The position numbers were made by a program, and so were the translations under genes. A stretch of 63,058 nucleotides of DNA, counting the filler, from Bigelowiella natans CCMP2755 (lineage: Eukaryota; Protista; Cercozoa): the NCBI GenBank assembly GCA_000320545.1. It is 6 parts of 6 records of this genome, joined end to end, with 100 filler letters (N's around TTAATTAATTAA, not from the genome) between each part and the next. Parts side by side here need not be neighbours in the genome. Positions count along the whole stretch, not along the records: positions 1 to 28,491 come from ADNK01003016.1; 5 more parts are not named here. The stretch is one strand, 5' to 3'. Positions 1 to 10,121 of this stretch are shown one piece after another (within the stretch, counting starts at the first letter, position 1; every line of letters begins with the position of its first letter). The notes below the pieces were generated by a model that saw nothing but the letters and a program-made list of their open reading frames with translations, searched no databases and had not been told where the DNA came from.

Positions 1-74
1 CAGCGTGCTCTTAAACAACATATTACTACACCCCTCTCTATTTTTTTTTGTTATATAAGTCTTCACCCACTGTT

Positions 75-991
75 TTATAATAAAAGGTCCGGGTTTGGCA
101 CCCCTTCTTCTATAACATGAAGACCCACCTCCCCCTCCTCCTCCTCCTCTTCTTCTTCCTCTTCCTCTGGTTTCATTGGAGGGGGTGGCACTAATGAAGG
201 GAGGGATGGAGCTGGAATAGCAGCCCTTTTTCGTGGAAATGAAGCCGACCTTCTTCTTCTTCCTCTTCTTCCCATTTTTTTGACCCTAGAGGGAACAGTA
301 GCCCCCCCCTTTCGTCAAAATGATGAGGATCCTCTTCCTCCTGGGTTTGGTCAAAATGATAAGGATCCTCCTCCTCCTCCTGGGCTTGGGCCCGAGGAGG
401 AGGAGGACGGTGGAGGAACAGCTGGTGGTTGTATTCGTGGAAATGATAAAGAAGACGACGACGAATGATGTGTTGTTAAATAATGCGATTGAGAAAAAAT
501 AAAAGTTACTACTGGTGGTGGTGGAACAGCAGGTACGTGAGCTGATACTGGCTTTGGGGGAGGGGGGCTGTAGGCTGCTGCTGATCGGAAGGAAAAAGAC
601 GGGAGAGGGGGGGGAGAACGTGTAGGACGTGCTTGCAATCCACGCCCCTTACTACTAGGTCTAGCGCCGATTTGCGGTGGGCGTGGTTTTGAAGGAAGTC
701 GGGGGGGGGGGCCAGTAGGTGGACGGCGGGCAGGCAGGGGTGGAGGAGGGTTAGGTGAAGAAGTGGATGACGATGACGATGTAGATGCATAATTGTGCGG
801 TCGTCGTGGCAGTTGTGGAGGGGTGGGACCACTGATTGATTGCGGTCATATGATGATGGAAAAGGAGCAGCCCACACATATATGTGTATATAAATACACA
901 TACAAACAACACATATAATGAGAATCAGAACTCTCTCAGGTTGCTCGAAGATTCTCGCGTTGATATGCGAAAAGCAACGACATGATGTAGC

Positions 992-1024
<33 letters not shown>

Positions 1025-1956
1025 TGGTACAGTTGATAAATAACGAGGGTTGGTGGTGGTGGTTGTTACCCGAAATTATTGGCAGTACGTAGGATGGAAT
1101 CAAAATGAAAGAAATCAACGATGTAGCAGCACAACACGGAAAAGAGCATGCAGTAGTGGATAGGTCCAAAAACGACGTTGTTATACATGCATTGATTGCA
1201 TTTGGGTTAATTCAAATAGTTTCCAAAGCCAAGAACAAACGCCATATTGGTGGTAGTATATAATTCCATCAAGAAACAGAGTTGCATGGTGAGTAGATGA
1301 ACATGCTTTAGTAATGTCAGCACTATGTATGGCGGCACCACATCCCACCTGTTTTTGCGGTCAATTGGAGGGCCGGGGCTTTTCTATAAATTATTTAAGA
1401 TGAAACAGTGAAAACATCAGTATTTTACACGTTATATTAAAAAATAACAACAACGTCTATAGAGGCCAGTGAGATAGTATTCAAATTTGCATATTACACT
1501 CAGTATTATTCTTTCTGTGTCTACATTGTCATCGTCGTCATCGTCGTCATCATCATCATCATCATTATCATTATACATGATCTTATATCACCTTTCCACC
1601 AAAGACGGTGTGTGCATTGACTACAAGGGATGTGACAACTCCTTTCTGCATCTTTGGCTGTGATGATGTGAGAGAACGGCCGCAGTGTAAGCCCATAGAC
1701 GTGATGATGGATCGATGGATGGATGGATGTATCATCGGTGCAATATTGACGCATTTTCATGTGCATAGAGTCGTCACAGGGAACAACGGAAACAATGATG
1801 AAGAGTGTATAATAATATAATAATCAACAGCAAAAGACGTTATAATTGTCTACTAATGCTGCAGTAGTATCACCTGGCTAATAAGTTTGGCCATATCGAT
1901 CGGTTGTCTAAGGGGCCTTGAACAACCAACATATATCATTAATATAGAATCATGAA

Positions 1957-1988
<32 letters not shown>

Positions 1989-2189
1989 TAATATCTGGTT
2001 GTTTTGCCACCTCATCAGTATAGGGCCGAATACGTGACCAATAAATGAGGGTTCCATATCTGATAGTAGTAGTGTTGTTGATGATGTATTATAATTATTA
2101 TTATTATTATTATTATTCCTACTTTTCCAATAGCACTACTACTAACTGCTTCTTATGGAAATGTTGATCAGGTTTGTGTTGGCCAGGGA

Positions 2190-2222
<33 letters not shown>

Positions 2223-3126
2223 AAAGAGTGTCCTCCACAGCATTCGATAAGTTGGTCCATATCATCGTCGTTCACTACAACAACAAGCACCACTACTAAA
2301 AACCTCTGCAACTTACTTCCTTCCTTAACCAGCTTGCCCAACAGGTGGAATAGATATGCAAGAATCCCTAAGAAAAACAGCAATTTGAATAAAGAAGGAA
2401 AACGATGATGATGATTATGATAATGGTGATAATAAAGGCGGTGGTGCATATAGATATTATTTCGATGACAAATAAAACAACTTATTTCTATAAAATCATT
2501 ATTATTATTATTATTACTATTACTATTGTTATGTCATCGCATAACAATTTTTTTCATCGTATTGGTTATGGAAAATATCATGATTTCCATCAAAGATTTC
2601 AATATATCTGCAACATGTCAGCATTGCCACAATAAATCACCTCGCTTGTTGGGTGCTAATTTCTTAATAATCTTGCCGTATCCCCCCGGATTACCTCCTC
2701 CATCTTTGTGCGCGTGGACAAAAATAATTTACAACAAAAATTAGATCATCTTAGACCATTCCAGCATCATCAGTCATAGTAAACACCTCACTTTTTCGAA
2801 TTTCTTCGCATTAAAACTGCATCTATCAAGTCAGTACAGCAACAATACTTACTATGCGTAGCTTCTAGTAGATCGTAGTTTTCAAATCCAAGAAGGGGAG
2901 GCTTGTCCTTCAGATAATTTTTAAATGCACCGGCGATAACCTGAAAGAATGATCCAAATGGTGAAAATTATGCAGCAGCAACATAGTGATGATGCCTGTA
3001 TTGGAATGTATTTCCCTTGATGATCGATCTCCCCTGCCGGCTACTCCTTTAATCCACTGTATGTTCCCAACCGATTATTATTACCTTTGAGTTGTACTTT
3101 GACAATTGGGAAGCTGCAAAGGTTCC

Positions 3127-3167
<41 letters not shown>

Positions 3168-4180
3168 AGTAGTAGAAGTCATGGTAGGTATAGTAGTAAT
3201 GGTGACGATGACCTAGTACACTACTACGACTCTACCTTGGGACCGAAGAGCCACAAGGAGTTGCTTCGCTTCCGCTCCGGATGTTGTATGGAACAACTAA
3301 CATGTGTATAGGAGGATATTAATAGTTTCATGCGTCGTTTTGCGTGAGTTTAGTCGCATAATTGTGTTCTTTGATAGGACTCTTCGTATTTTATATCAGA
3401 CAGAAAGAGGTGTTTGCAATCCTCGATTCTACGTACCTGATTCTCAAGTTGCACGTTTCCGGAAAGTAGATAGTCGATAATCATAGCCTCACATTGATAC
3501 TCGTTGCCCCCTTTATTTCCAGTGTACGACGATGATCCTCCGTTGTTTGAAGGAGGGGGCGGATGGCTTGGTGGCTTCGGTCCCCCGAATTTATTGCCAG
3601 AAGCATACGATGATGACTCATTGTTTGAAGGAGGGGGTGGCCGGTTTGGAGGGCGAGGTCCTCCCACGGGAGGACTGCAAAAAACAAAAACAATAATGAT
3701 GAAGGATGCATTGAGGAGGAGGAGGAAGAGGAGGAGAACTAAGGTGGTGTCTCTCTCAGTGTCACAATCATTCACGTGCTGCCTCCAGTGATGATGATGT
3801 GTCGATTTGCGATTTACTAGCTTGATTTTTGGAAGGACAAGAATCCTTTTGAGGCGCTTTTGTATTGGCTAGCAATTCGGCAACAGCAGTGCCAAAATTA
3901 ATATATTCGGTACCAATAACCAACAATTCGGCAACAGCAGTGCCAAAATTAATATATTCGGTACCAATAACCAACAAATATCCAAGGGAGATAATGTACA
4001 AGTAATAAATTGGGTCATGTGAAGCGAATATTCGAAATAGCACGGTTCGAGGAAACGAATGTTGTTGATACCGTGGAGGAAGCTTCGGCCCACCGTAGTT
4101 GTGGGAACTCATGTGACCGTCGTCTGTCTGTAGGATGGATGATGAGAATGACCGTGAAGAAGAAATGAGTCGCCTGTCCG

Positions 4181-4215
<35 letters not shown>

Positions 4216-4600
4216 CCGTGAAGAAGAAATGAGTCGCCTGTCCGTAGGATGATGATGATGATGAGAATGACCGTGAAGAAGAGAAATGAGTCGTGAGTAC
4301 TGGTACGTTCTGCTCCTTAGTTCTTGCTCCCCTAAAATAATAATAATATACCATGAATCAACCAAAAGATACAAATGAATGGCACACTAATATCCATTCC
4401 ATTATCATCACTTGAGAAACATCTGGGGGGAGGGATTGCACCTTGCTTCTAAAAATTGAGGCAAGGCACCTCCTTTTGCCGACGTAGGGGTGTTGGAGGA
4501 AATCACGAAATCCTGAAATCACCTGGATTTCAACATAAGAGACTACGAGTAGGGTTGTTTTGTGGGAAATCGCCTGAATTTCAACATAAGAGACATGCAC
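75..4600 (-). CDS. Multi-exon RhoGAP-like domain protein with proline-rich N- and C-terminal regions (both ends approximate)
   Basis: Phase-consistent GT-AG splicing of exons at about 3480-2320 gives AMIIDYLLSGNVQLENQ|LFHTTSGAEAKQLLVALRSQ|GTFAASQLSKYNSK|VIAGAFKNYLKDKPPLLGFENYDLLEATH|NGGGNPGGYGKIIKKLAPNKR|GILAYLFHLLGKLVKEG. This follows the RhoGAP consensus (idyL..eGlFR; va..lK.ylre..PLl.f..y; ll..LP..n..lL.yl). Flanking ORFs 3350-3775, 351-638 and 75-275 are Pro-rich. Confidence 0.6.
3873..3977. repeat. 51-bp tandem duplication (2 copies)
   Basis: caattcggcaacagcagtgccaaaattaatatattcggtaccaataaccaa starts at 3873 and again at 3924; it appears as LLVIGTEYINFGTAVAE x2 in ORF 3768-4112. Confidence 0.95.
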
Positions 4601-4879
4601 ACATATATCTTTAGATTGTACGATAACAAACTATGCGAGGATTGCTGGATTGCATCTTCTTCCTGCGACAAAAAAATAAGGAAGTTTCAACGATCTACAC
4701 ACAACACAGATAAAAATATCTCCTTGAGTAGCCAATTATTGTAGAACATGACTGTGCGACTTCGTGATTTTGTTGTCGCACACTGTTATTTCAATGTTCA
4801 GAATTCGTAATAACTCGCCGTACAACTCTACTCGTACGAGTAAAAAGAAACACGAGCTGCACCGAACCCCTCTCTACGC

Positions 4880-5853
4880 ATGTCTGAAATCAAGTTCTCT
4901 GACCCTAACCAGCCACAGCGTTTTGCAAACCAGAAGAAAACTAATGATAAACGTGCCCTGGATATTGAGAGTGTGTATGATGGCGAAAAACTGAGCGGCA
5001 AAGTGGTTTTGGTGACCGGTGCAAATCGTGGGCTAGGAGAAGCAATTGCGAAGGAACTTATCTCCCAAAAGGCTAAAGTTATTGCGACTTGTCGCTCCTC
5101 TAAGCCGAAATATGAAGGCTTACACAAAGTTATCGATGGAATTGATGTTACTGACAAGAAAGCTATGGATAAACTGGTGAAGGATTTAGAGGGTCAAGAG
5201 ATTGACATTCTTATCAATAATGCAGGTTATTTCATGGTTGAGAAAGAAACCATTGAAAATCCTAATTTTGACGAAGAAGTCAAGATGATCGACATCTGTG
5301 CAGTAGGACAGATTCGAGTGACATCTGCGCTCTTTAACGCAAAACTTCTGAAGAAGGGAAGTAAGGTGGTTCAGATTACCAGCCAAGGCGGCTCCATCGC
5401 ATGGAGGTAAAATCCTTTCACTTTTTCGTTAGTGAGATCCATTCTGATTTGATTCATGAATTTGATAAACTAGAACTACACAAAATGCTGGTGGGCCATT
5501 TGATTATGGGCATCACATGTCAAAGGCTGCTGCTAACATGGCAGGAAAGCTCCTCGCAATCGAGCTTGCGCCACATGGCATTCTAGTGCAGATTATGCAC
5601 CCAGGATTCAATAAGGTGAGGATTATTGTCCATTACCATATGCAATTTTAGTATCAGATAGATTTCAGCTGAGCCGTTGATCTATTGTTCTCAGACTGAC
5701 ATGACAAAGAAATATGAGAAAATCTGGGAAGTCGAGGGGGCCGTTGATGCTTCAGTTGGGGCTAAGCGTGTTTGTCATGAGATAAACCTTATATCTCCAG
5801 AGCGATACGGTCTCTTCATCAACTGTGAAGATGGGCTCCAGATTCCCTGGTAA
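4880..5853 (+). CDS. Short-chain dehydrogenase/reductase, CsgA/C-factor-like; exons 4880-5406, 5474-5615, 5695-5853
   Basis: Motifs VLVTGANRGLG (TGxxxGxG), LINNAG, ITSQGGS, YGHHMSKAAANM, MHPGFNKTDMT and C-terminal DGLQIPW*. Two clean GT-AG introns keep the frame. Confidence 0.93.
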
Positions 5854-6760
5854 GAGCTGCATAATTCCATACACCTTCCCTACTGTGAGACCGTCTGGGG
5901 TAGCCACTCCTCTCGAAAGAAGACTGCACGATGAAATCATGTAAAATCATATGAAAAGAGTCTCCTAATGTCATTTCTGCATGTCCTAGTCCTAATTTAA
6001 TTACGAATCTATTATTAAATTAACCAGTATCGCTGCTCATATCTAACAGCAGATATAGACTAAATACTAAAATTACAATAATCCGTAAGAAGATAGCGCT
6101 CTCCACACACTAGCACACATAGGCATGTATGGCTATCTCAACTAAACAAGCAAATTTCGAAATAGATCGATCATACGATACAACACGCATTATTAGTTCA
6201 TTGTATGTGTTGCACAAAATTGTCTTTATTCCAAACTACAACTGTAGATCTTACTAGCTTAGATAGACGGACGTAGTCTAGGTAGTACGTAGCACTCCGA
6301 ATCATGATCAGCATTAGAGACAGCTAGCTAGCTAGACAGCATGATGATGTGCACATGCGCTAGCAAGGGCCGCCGGCCATAGTAGTGTCAGCACATCTAT
6401 CTAGCTATGAGTAGCTACTCTGCGCTACAATCTAGCAATGCTAGAATGCACATAGCCATCACATCTGCATGCTCCTAGACTAGTGCACTGCACTATCGCA
6501 CGAGCTCTAGAGCTTTAGCGGTTGCTGCATGCAAATCGAATGACTTCGTCATTCAAACAGCTAGACAGCTAGCAAGGCTAGTTGAGCTAGCGAGGCACAA
6601 AAGGGCACGTAGCATTGCATATGCAAATGTAGTTGTTTCGATTCGTCGTGCGTGAAGCTGTGCATTTTATTTACCGTTCACATCGACTGTTCTAGTGTAC
6701 ATGGGCCAACAGTCATGCATCGTATCATGCAAGATCCATTTGTGATCATTAGGATGATGA

Positions 6761-9700
6761 CTATTGAACGTGTCTAATATCATGCTTCCTATTCAACAAA
6801 TGATTGATGTAATCTCGAGCACTTTCTTCTGTGATGGAGGATTGATATTTTTTTAACGTCTTTGGTAAGGTCTCTTTGTAAAACTTGAGTATTGCACCTC
6901 CTACAGTCATATCAACTACGCTTCTTGGTACCCACCCCTTAATGTCAGAAACCATAAGGTTTGTCATAGCGGTGACTCCTGGCCGCCCTGCAACTGGGAG
7001 CAAGATTAACCCATCTCCCGGTGCAGTAGCAGCCCGTACGACACCAGAAATAGGCTTATAATCCTTCGCGTTTACAGAACATGAAGCAACAGCAAATCCC
7101 CCCTTATATCGTTTCCACACTCTTACTTTGCATTGATCCCGACTAGAGATCGGACCGATCTTGTTTGTTTGAACGTACACCACATCGAAATGCGGTCCTA
7201 AGACATTGACAACCTTATACACTTTCTTATTTGAGTCCCAATCAGATGTTAACTTAGCATCATATATTAAGTTGAAGAGCCGTGTCGGTGAGGCCTGTAT
7301 CATTCCCATACCTTTGAATGCTTTGTAACTAACACCTGGAATATTGCCACCTAAAACTCGTGTGCTACCCTCAGCTTGCTTCTCTTGCCAATCTCCCTCA
7401 TTCGATTCCAACTCTCGCAAAAGGGCTTTCATTGATTTCTGTCCCATCTTAACCCATTCCTGCTCATCCAAATTAAGGCCGATTAAGTGCTTCTCACTGT
7501 AAATATCAGGGGCAGGTAATGATGCAGGAGATCTATTCACTTTTTTGTCTGACTTGTTATCATGATCATCCTTCTGTTCCTTTTGCTTTTTAGACTCTAT
7601 AGTGTCTCCGAACCGTTCCGAAACGTACATCTTTGCAAGTTTATAATCTGCGTTGGCAGGATTTTGCAACCACTTTGGAAAGCTTTCATCGTAGAACTTG
7701 AATAAAGCGTTTCCAAGCGTCATTTCAAGCACGGAACGCGGAATCCATCCCTTAATATCCGCAACCATAAAGTTCGTCATTTGGCAACGTTTTTCATCCA
7801 GAGGAACGATAACAAATCCTCCTCCCAGTGGGGTGTGTGCGCGGACAATACCACTGCGCGGTTTGCCATATTTGTTGGACTCAATGGAACATGCAGTAGC
7901 TGCAAACCCCCCCCCTTTGAACCGCTTCCAAGTGCGAATCTGAACCTGGTCTCGTGGTGATATTGGCCCAAGCGGATTCGTTTGAATGTAAAGAATCTCG
8001 TGGGATTGGACAATGCTCTCTTTCACTTGAAAGAACTTGTAATTCGCATTGTTTTTCTCTGTGAAGTCAGCATCCATGACGAGCCGGAAAACCACTTCAC
8101 AAGGGGCGTTGATAATTCCAGACGCACGAAATACTCTGTACTGGATCGAAGGCAACTTTCCGCAAAGCACTTTTATGCCTTCTGCGGACTTTTTCATTGT
8201 CCACCCATCCGTAGAGCGCTCAAAGTTTTCAACCAGCACCTTAAAACTTTCATTTGCTTTACGCATTAGCCTTTGATTTTCGGGGCTTATAGCAGGTATG
8301 CTTTTTGCTGGTATAACTGTAGTACTTGAGACTGGTGCCACAGTTACTTTCTCTTTGGCCTCCGAGTTGGGAGGGGCAAATCTCAGCGAGACAAATTTCT
8401 TGGCTTTTTCTGCGTCTCTATATTCGGGAACCTTCAGCCATGAAGGAAAGCTTTCATCGTAGAACTTGAATAAAGCGTTTCCAAGCGTCATTTCAAGCAC
8501 GGAACGCGGAATCCATCCCTTAATATCCGCAACCATAAAGTTCGTCATTTGGCAACGTTTTTCATCCAGAGGAACGATAACAAATCCTCCTCCCAGTGGG
8601 GTGTGTGCGCGGACAATGCCACTTTGCAATTGACCATATTGTTTCGAATCAATCGATGATGCAGAGGCGGCAAAGCCTCCTTTGTACTTTTTCCATGTTC
8701 GAATCTGAATTTGATCGCGAGGAGATATGGGGCCGACAGGATTAGTTTGAATATAAACTACTTCATAACCCGGAGCTACACTCTCGCGTATTTTGAAGAA
8801 CTTATAGTTGGCGTTGTTTTTCTCTGTGAATTCGGGATCAAAGACTAGGCTGAACACTACGTCGCACGGGGCATTTATAATTCCTAAGTAAAATAAAGTG
8901 AGCAAGAGGAGGCAATGCATTGAGATGGTAGTACCTGTGGCTCTGAAGACTTTATATGGAATATCTGGAAGCTTACCACATAAAACATCCACTTTTGAAT
9001 TCTTCTTTTTCGAGACCCACCCTGAAGTTGGCGATTCGAAGTTCCTCAGTAGAGTTTTCATACTCCGATCCGCTTGTCTTACCCATTTCTGCTGTGTTGG
9101 GTTTAATTTCACTGGTAGTTTTGCCCCATTTGTAGGATGGGAGCTTGGCGAAGGAGTTTCACGTGGATTGGCAGTTAATATTTTACGAGAGTGAGGCGAT
9201 TTTCGATTCCCGGCTGGTGGTGGTGCTGCAGGTGCCCCTCGGGATGACGATTTCCCTGCAGATCCAGACAACCATTCTACAGAAACAGTCCATAGAAATG
9301 GAAGGCATGCTAAAATAGACATTACCAGTGTTGCCCACTGTGTTCTAAAGGATGCAACATCTCCGTAACTCGTAGGATCCCCTGCAAGCATTATGCGTCC
9401 AACAGCATACGCAACAAATGGTAGGGACCCTAAAACCACACGCTCTTTCCATGCGTACGAAGCAGTGTGACTCATAAGAAGCATCTCCTGTGCTTCAATA
9501 TTTGCCTTAGATTCTATGGGTTTGACTCTCTTCCTTCGTCCGTTAGATTTACGATTAGAACCAGGCGCAGAACCAGGCGCAGAACCAGGCGCAACCCCTT
9601 GATTTATGCCGTCACTCTTCTTTGGAGTCAAATGTGTCAACAAATTTGCGTAGCACTCCCGGCATGTTCTTCCAGGGTCAGATTTATTGATAACCACCCT

Positions 9701-9868
9701 GTCATTCGAGCAAGAATCGCAGAAGATTTCGCCACATAGTCGGCAGTGGTGGCGCCTTCGAAATACAGTGAAAGGTTTGCGGCACTTCCAACATGCAGAA
9801 CGCTTGTAATCAGGAACCCATTGATCTTTCGTGCGGAAGCGAATGTGTTCGAGGGACTTGGTAGTCAT
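6761..9868 (-). CDS. FYVE zinc finger + two hydrophobic segments + three START-like lipid-binding domains; likely 51-nt intron at 8884-8934
   Basis: FYVE motifs WVPD...CWKC...RRRHHCRLCGEIFCDSCS...RTCREC. Three repeats carry the START hallmarks (W..K, GPIS(P/S)RD, SG(I/V)VRA, DIKGW(I/V)PRSV). First ATG is at 9868; the ORF track starts at a GTG at 9937. Confidence 0.9.
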   Translation of the reverse strand: MTTKSLEHIRFRTKDQWVPDYKRSACWKCRKPFTVFRRRHHCRLCGEIFCDSCSNDRVVINKSDPGRTCRECYANLLTHLTPKKSDGINQGVAPGSAPGSAPGSNRKSNGRRKRVKPIESKANIEAQEMLLMSHTASYAWKERVVLGSLPFVAYAVGRIMLAGDPTSYGDVASFRTQWATLVMSILACLPFLWTVSVEWLSGSAGKSSSRGAPAAPPPAGNRKSPHSRKILTANPRETPSPSSHPTNGAKLPVKLNPTQQKWVRQADRSMKTLLRNFESPTSGWVSKKKNSKVDVLCGKLPDIPYKVFRATGTTISMHCLLLLTLFYLGIINAPCDVVFSLVFDPEFTEKNNANYKFFKIRESVAPGYEVVYIQTNPVGPISPRDQIQIRTWKKYKGGFAASASSIDSKQYGQLQSGIVRAHTPLGGGFVIVPLDEKRCQMTNFMVADIKGWIPRSVLEMTLGNALFKFYDESFPSWLKVPEYRDAEKAKKFVSLRFAPPNSEAKEKVTVAPVSSTTVIPAKSIPAISPENQRLMRKANESFKVLVENFERSTDGWTMKKSAEGIKVLCGKLPSIQYRVFRASGIINAPCEVVFRLVMDADFTEKNNANYKFFQVKESIVQSHEILYIQTNPLGPISPRDQVQIRTWKRFKGGGFAATACSIESNKYGKPRSGIVRAHTPLGGGFVIVPLDEKRCQMTNFMVADIKGWIPRSVLEMTLGNALFKFYDESFPKWLQNPANADYKLAKMYVSERFGDTIESKKQKEQKDDHDNKSDKKVNRSPASLPAPDIYSEKHLIGLNLDEQEWVKMGQKSMKALLRELESNEGDWQEKQAEGSTRVLGGNIPGVSYKAFKGMGMIQASPTRLFNLIYDAKLTSDWDSNKKVYKVVNVLGPHFDVVYVQTNKIGPISSRDQCKVRVWKRYKGGFAVASCSVNAKDYKPISGVVRAATAPGDGLILLPVAGRPGVTAMTNLMVSDIKGWVPRSVVDMTVGGAILKFYKETLPKTLKKYQSSITEESARDYINHLLNRKHDIRHVQ
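7677..7849. repeat. 173-bp sequence identical to 8445-8617 (START2 vs START1 C-terminal halves)
   Basis: Direct base-by-base comparison; offset 768 nt (256 codons). Confidence 0.95.
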
Positions 9869-10021
9869 ATCTACACTTGTATTTTGTTGTTGACTACGGG
9901 CCAGAGAGCCATCAAAGGGGGCTGCACATTTCACCACCTGTTGGATACAGACTGAAGGAAGTTTTGGACTTCAGTCCCTTCGCATCCAATTTTGAGACAG
10001 ACAGGTGCACATAATTACTAA

Positions 10022-10032
10022 GCGACATCAAA
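10022..10032 (+). promoter_or_regulatory. Candidate promoter motif GCGACATCAAA in the divergent FYVE-START/TERT spacer
   Basis: The CGACAWCAAA core recurs in the other three divergent intergenic regions (about 4769-4779 minus, 37542-37551 minus, 45559 and 45630 plus). Confidence 0.35.
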
Positions 10033-10121
10033 ATATGGAGAATTTAATAAAGAATATAGCCCTATTTTATCACAAAGTGTCGCTTGACTAGTACTTATTT
10101 GTCTTTCAAACCTGGCTACAT

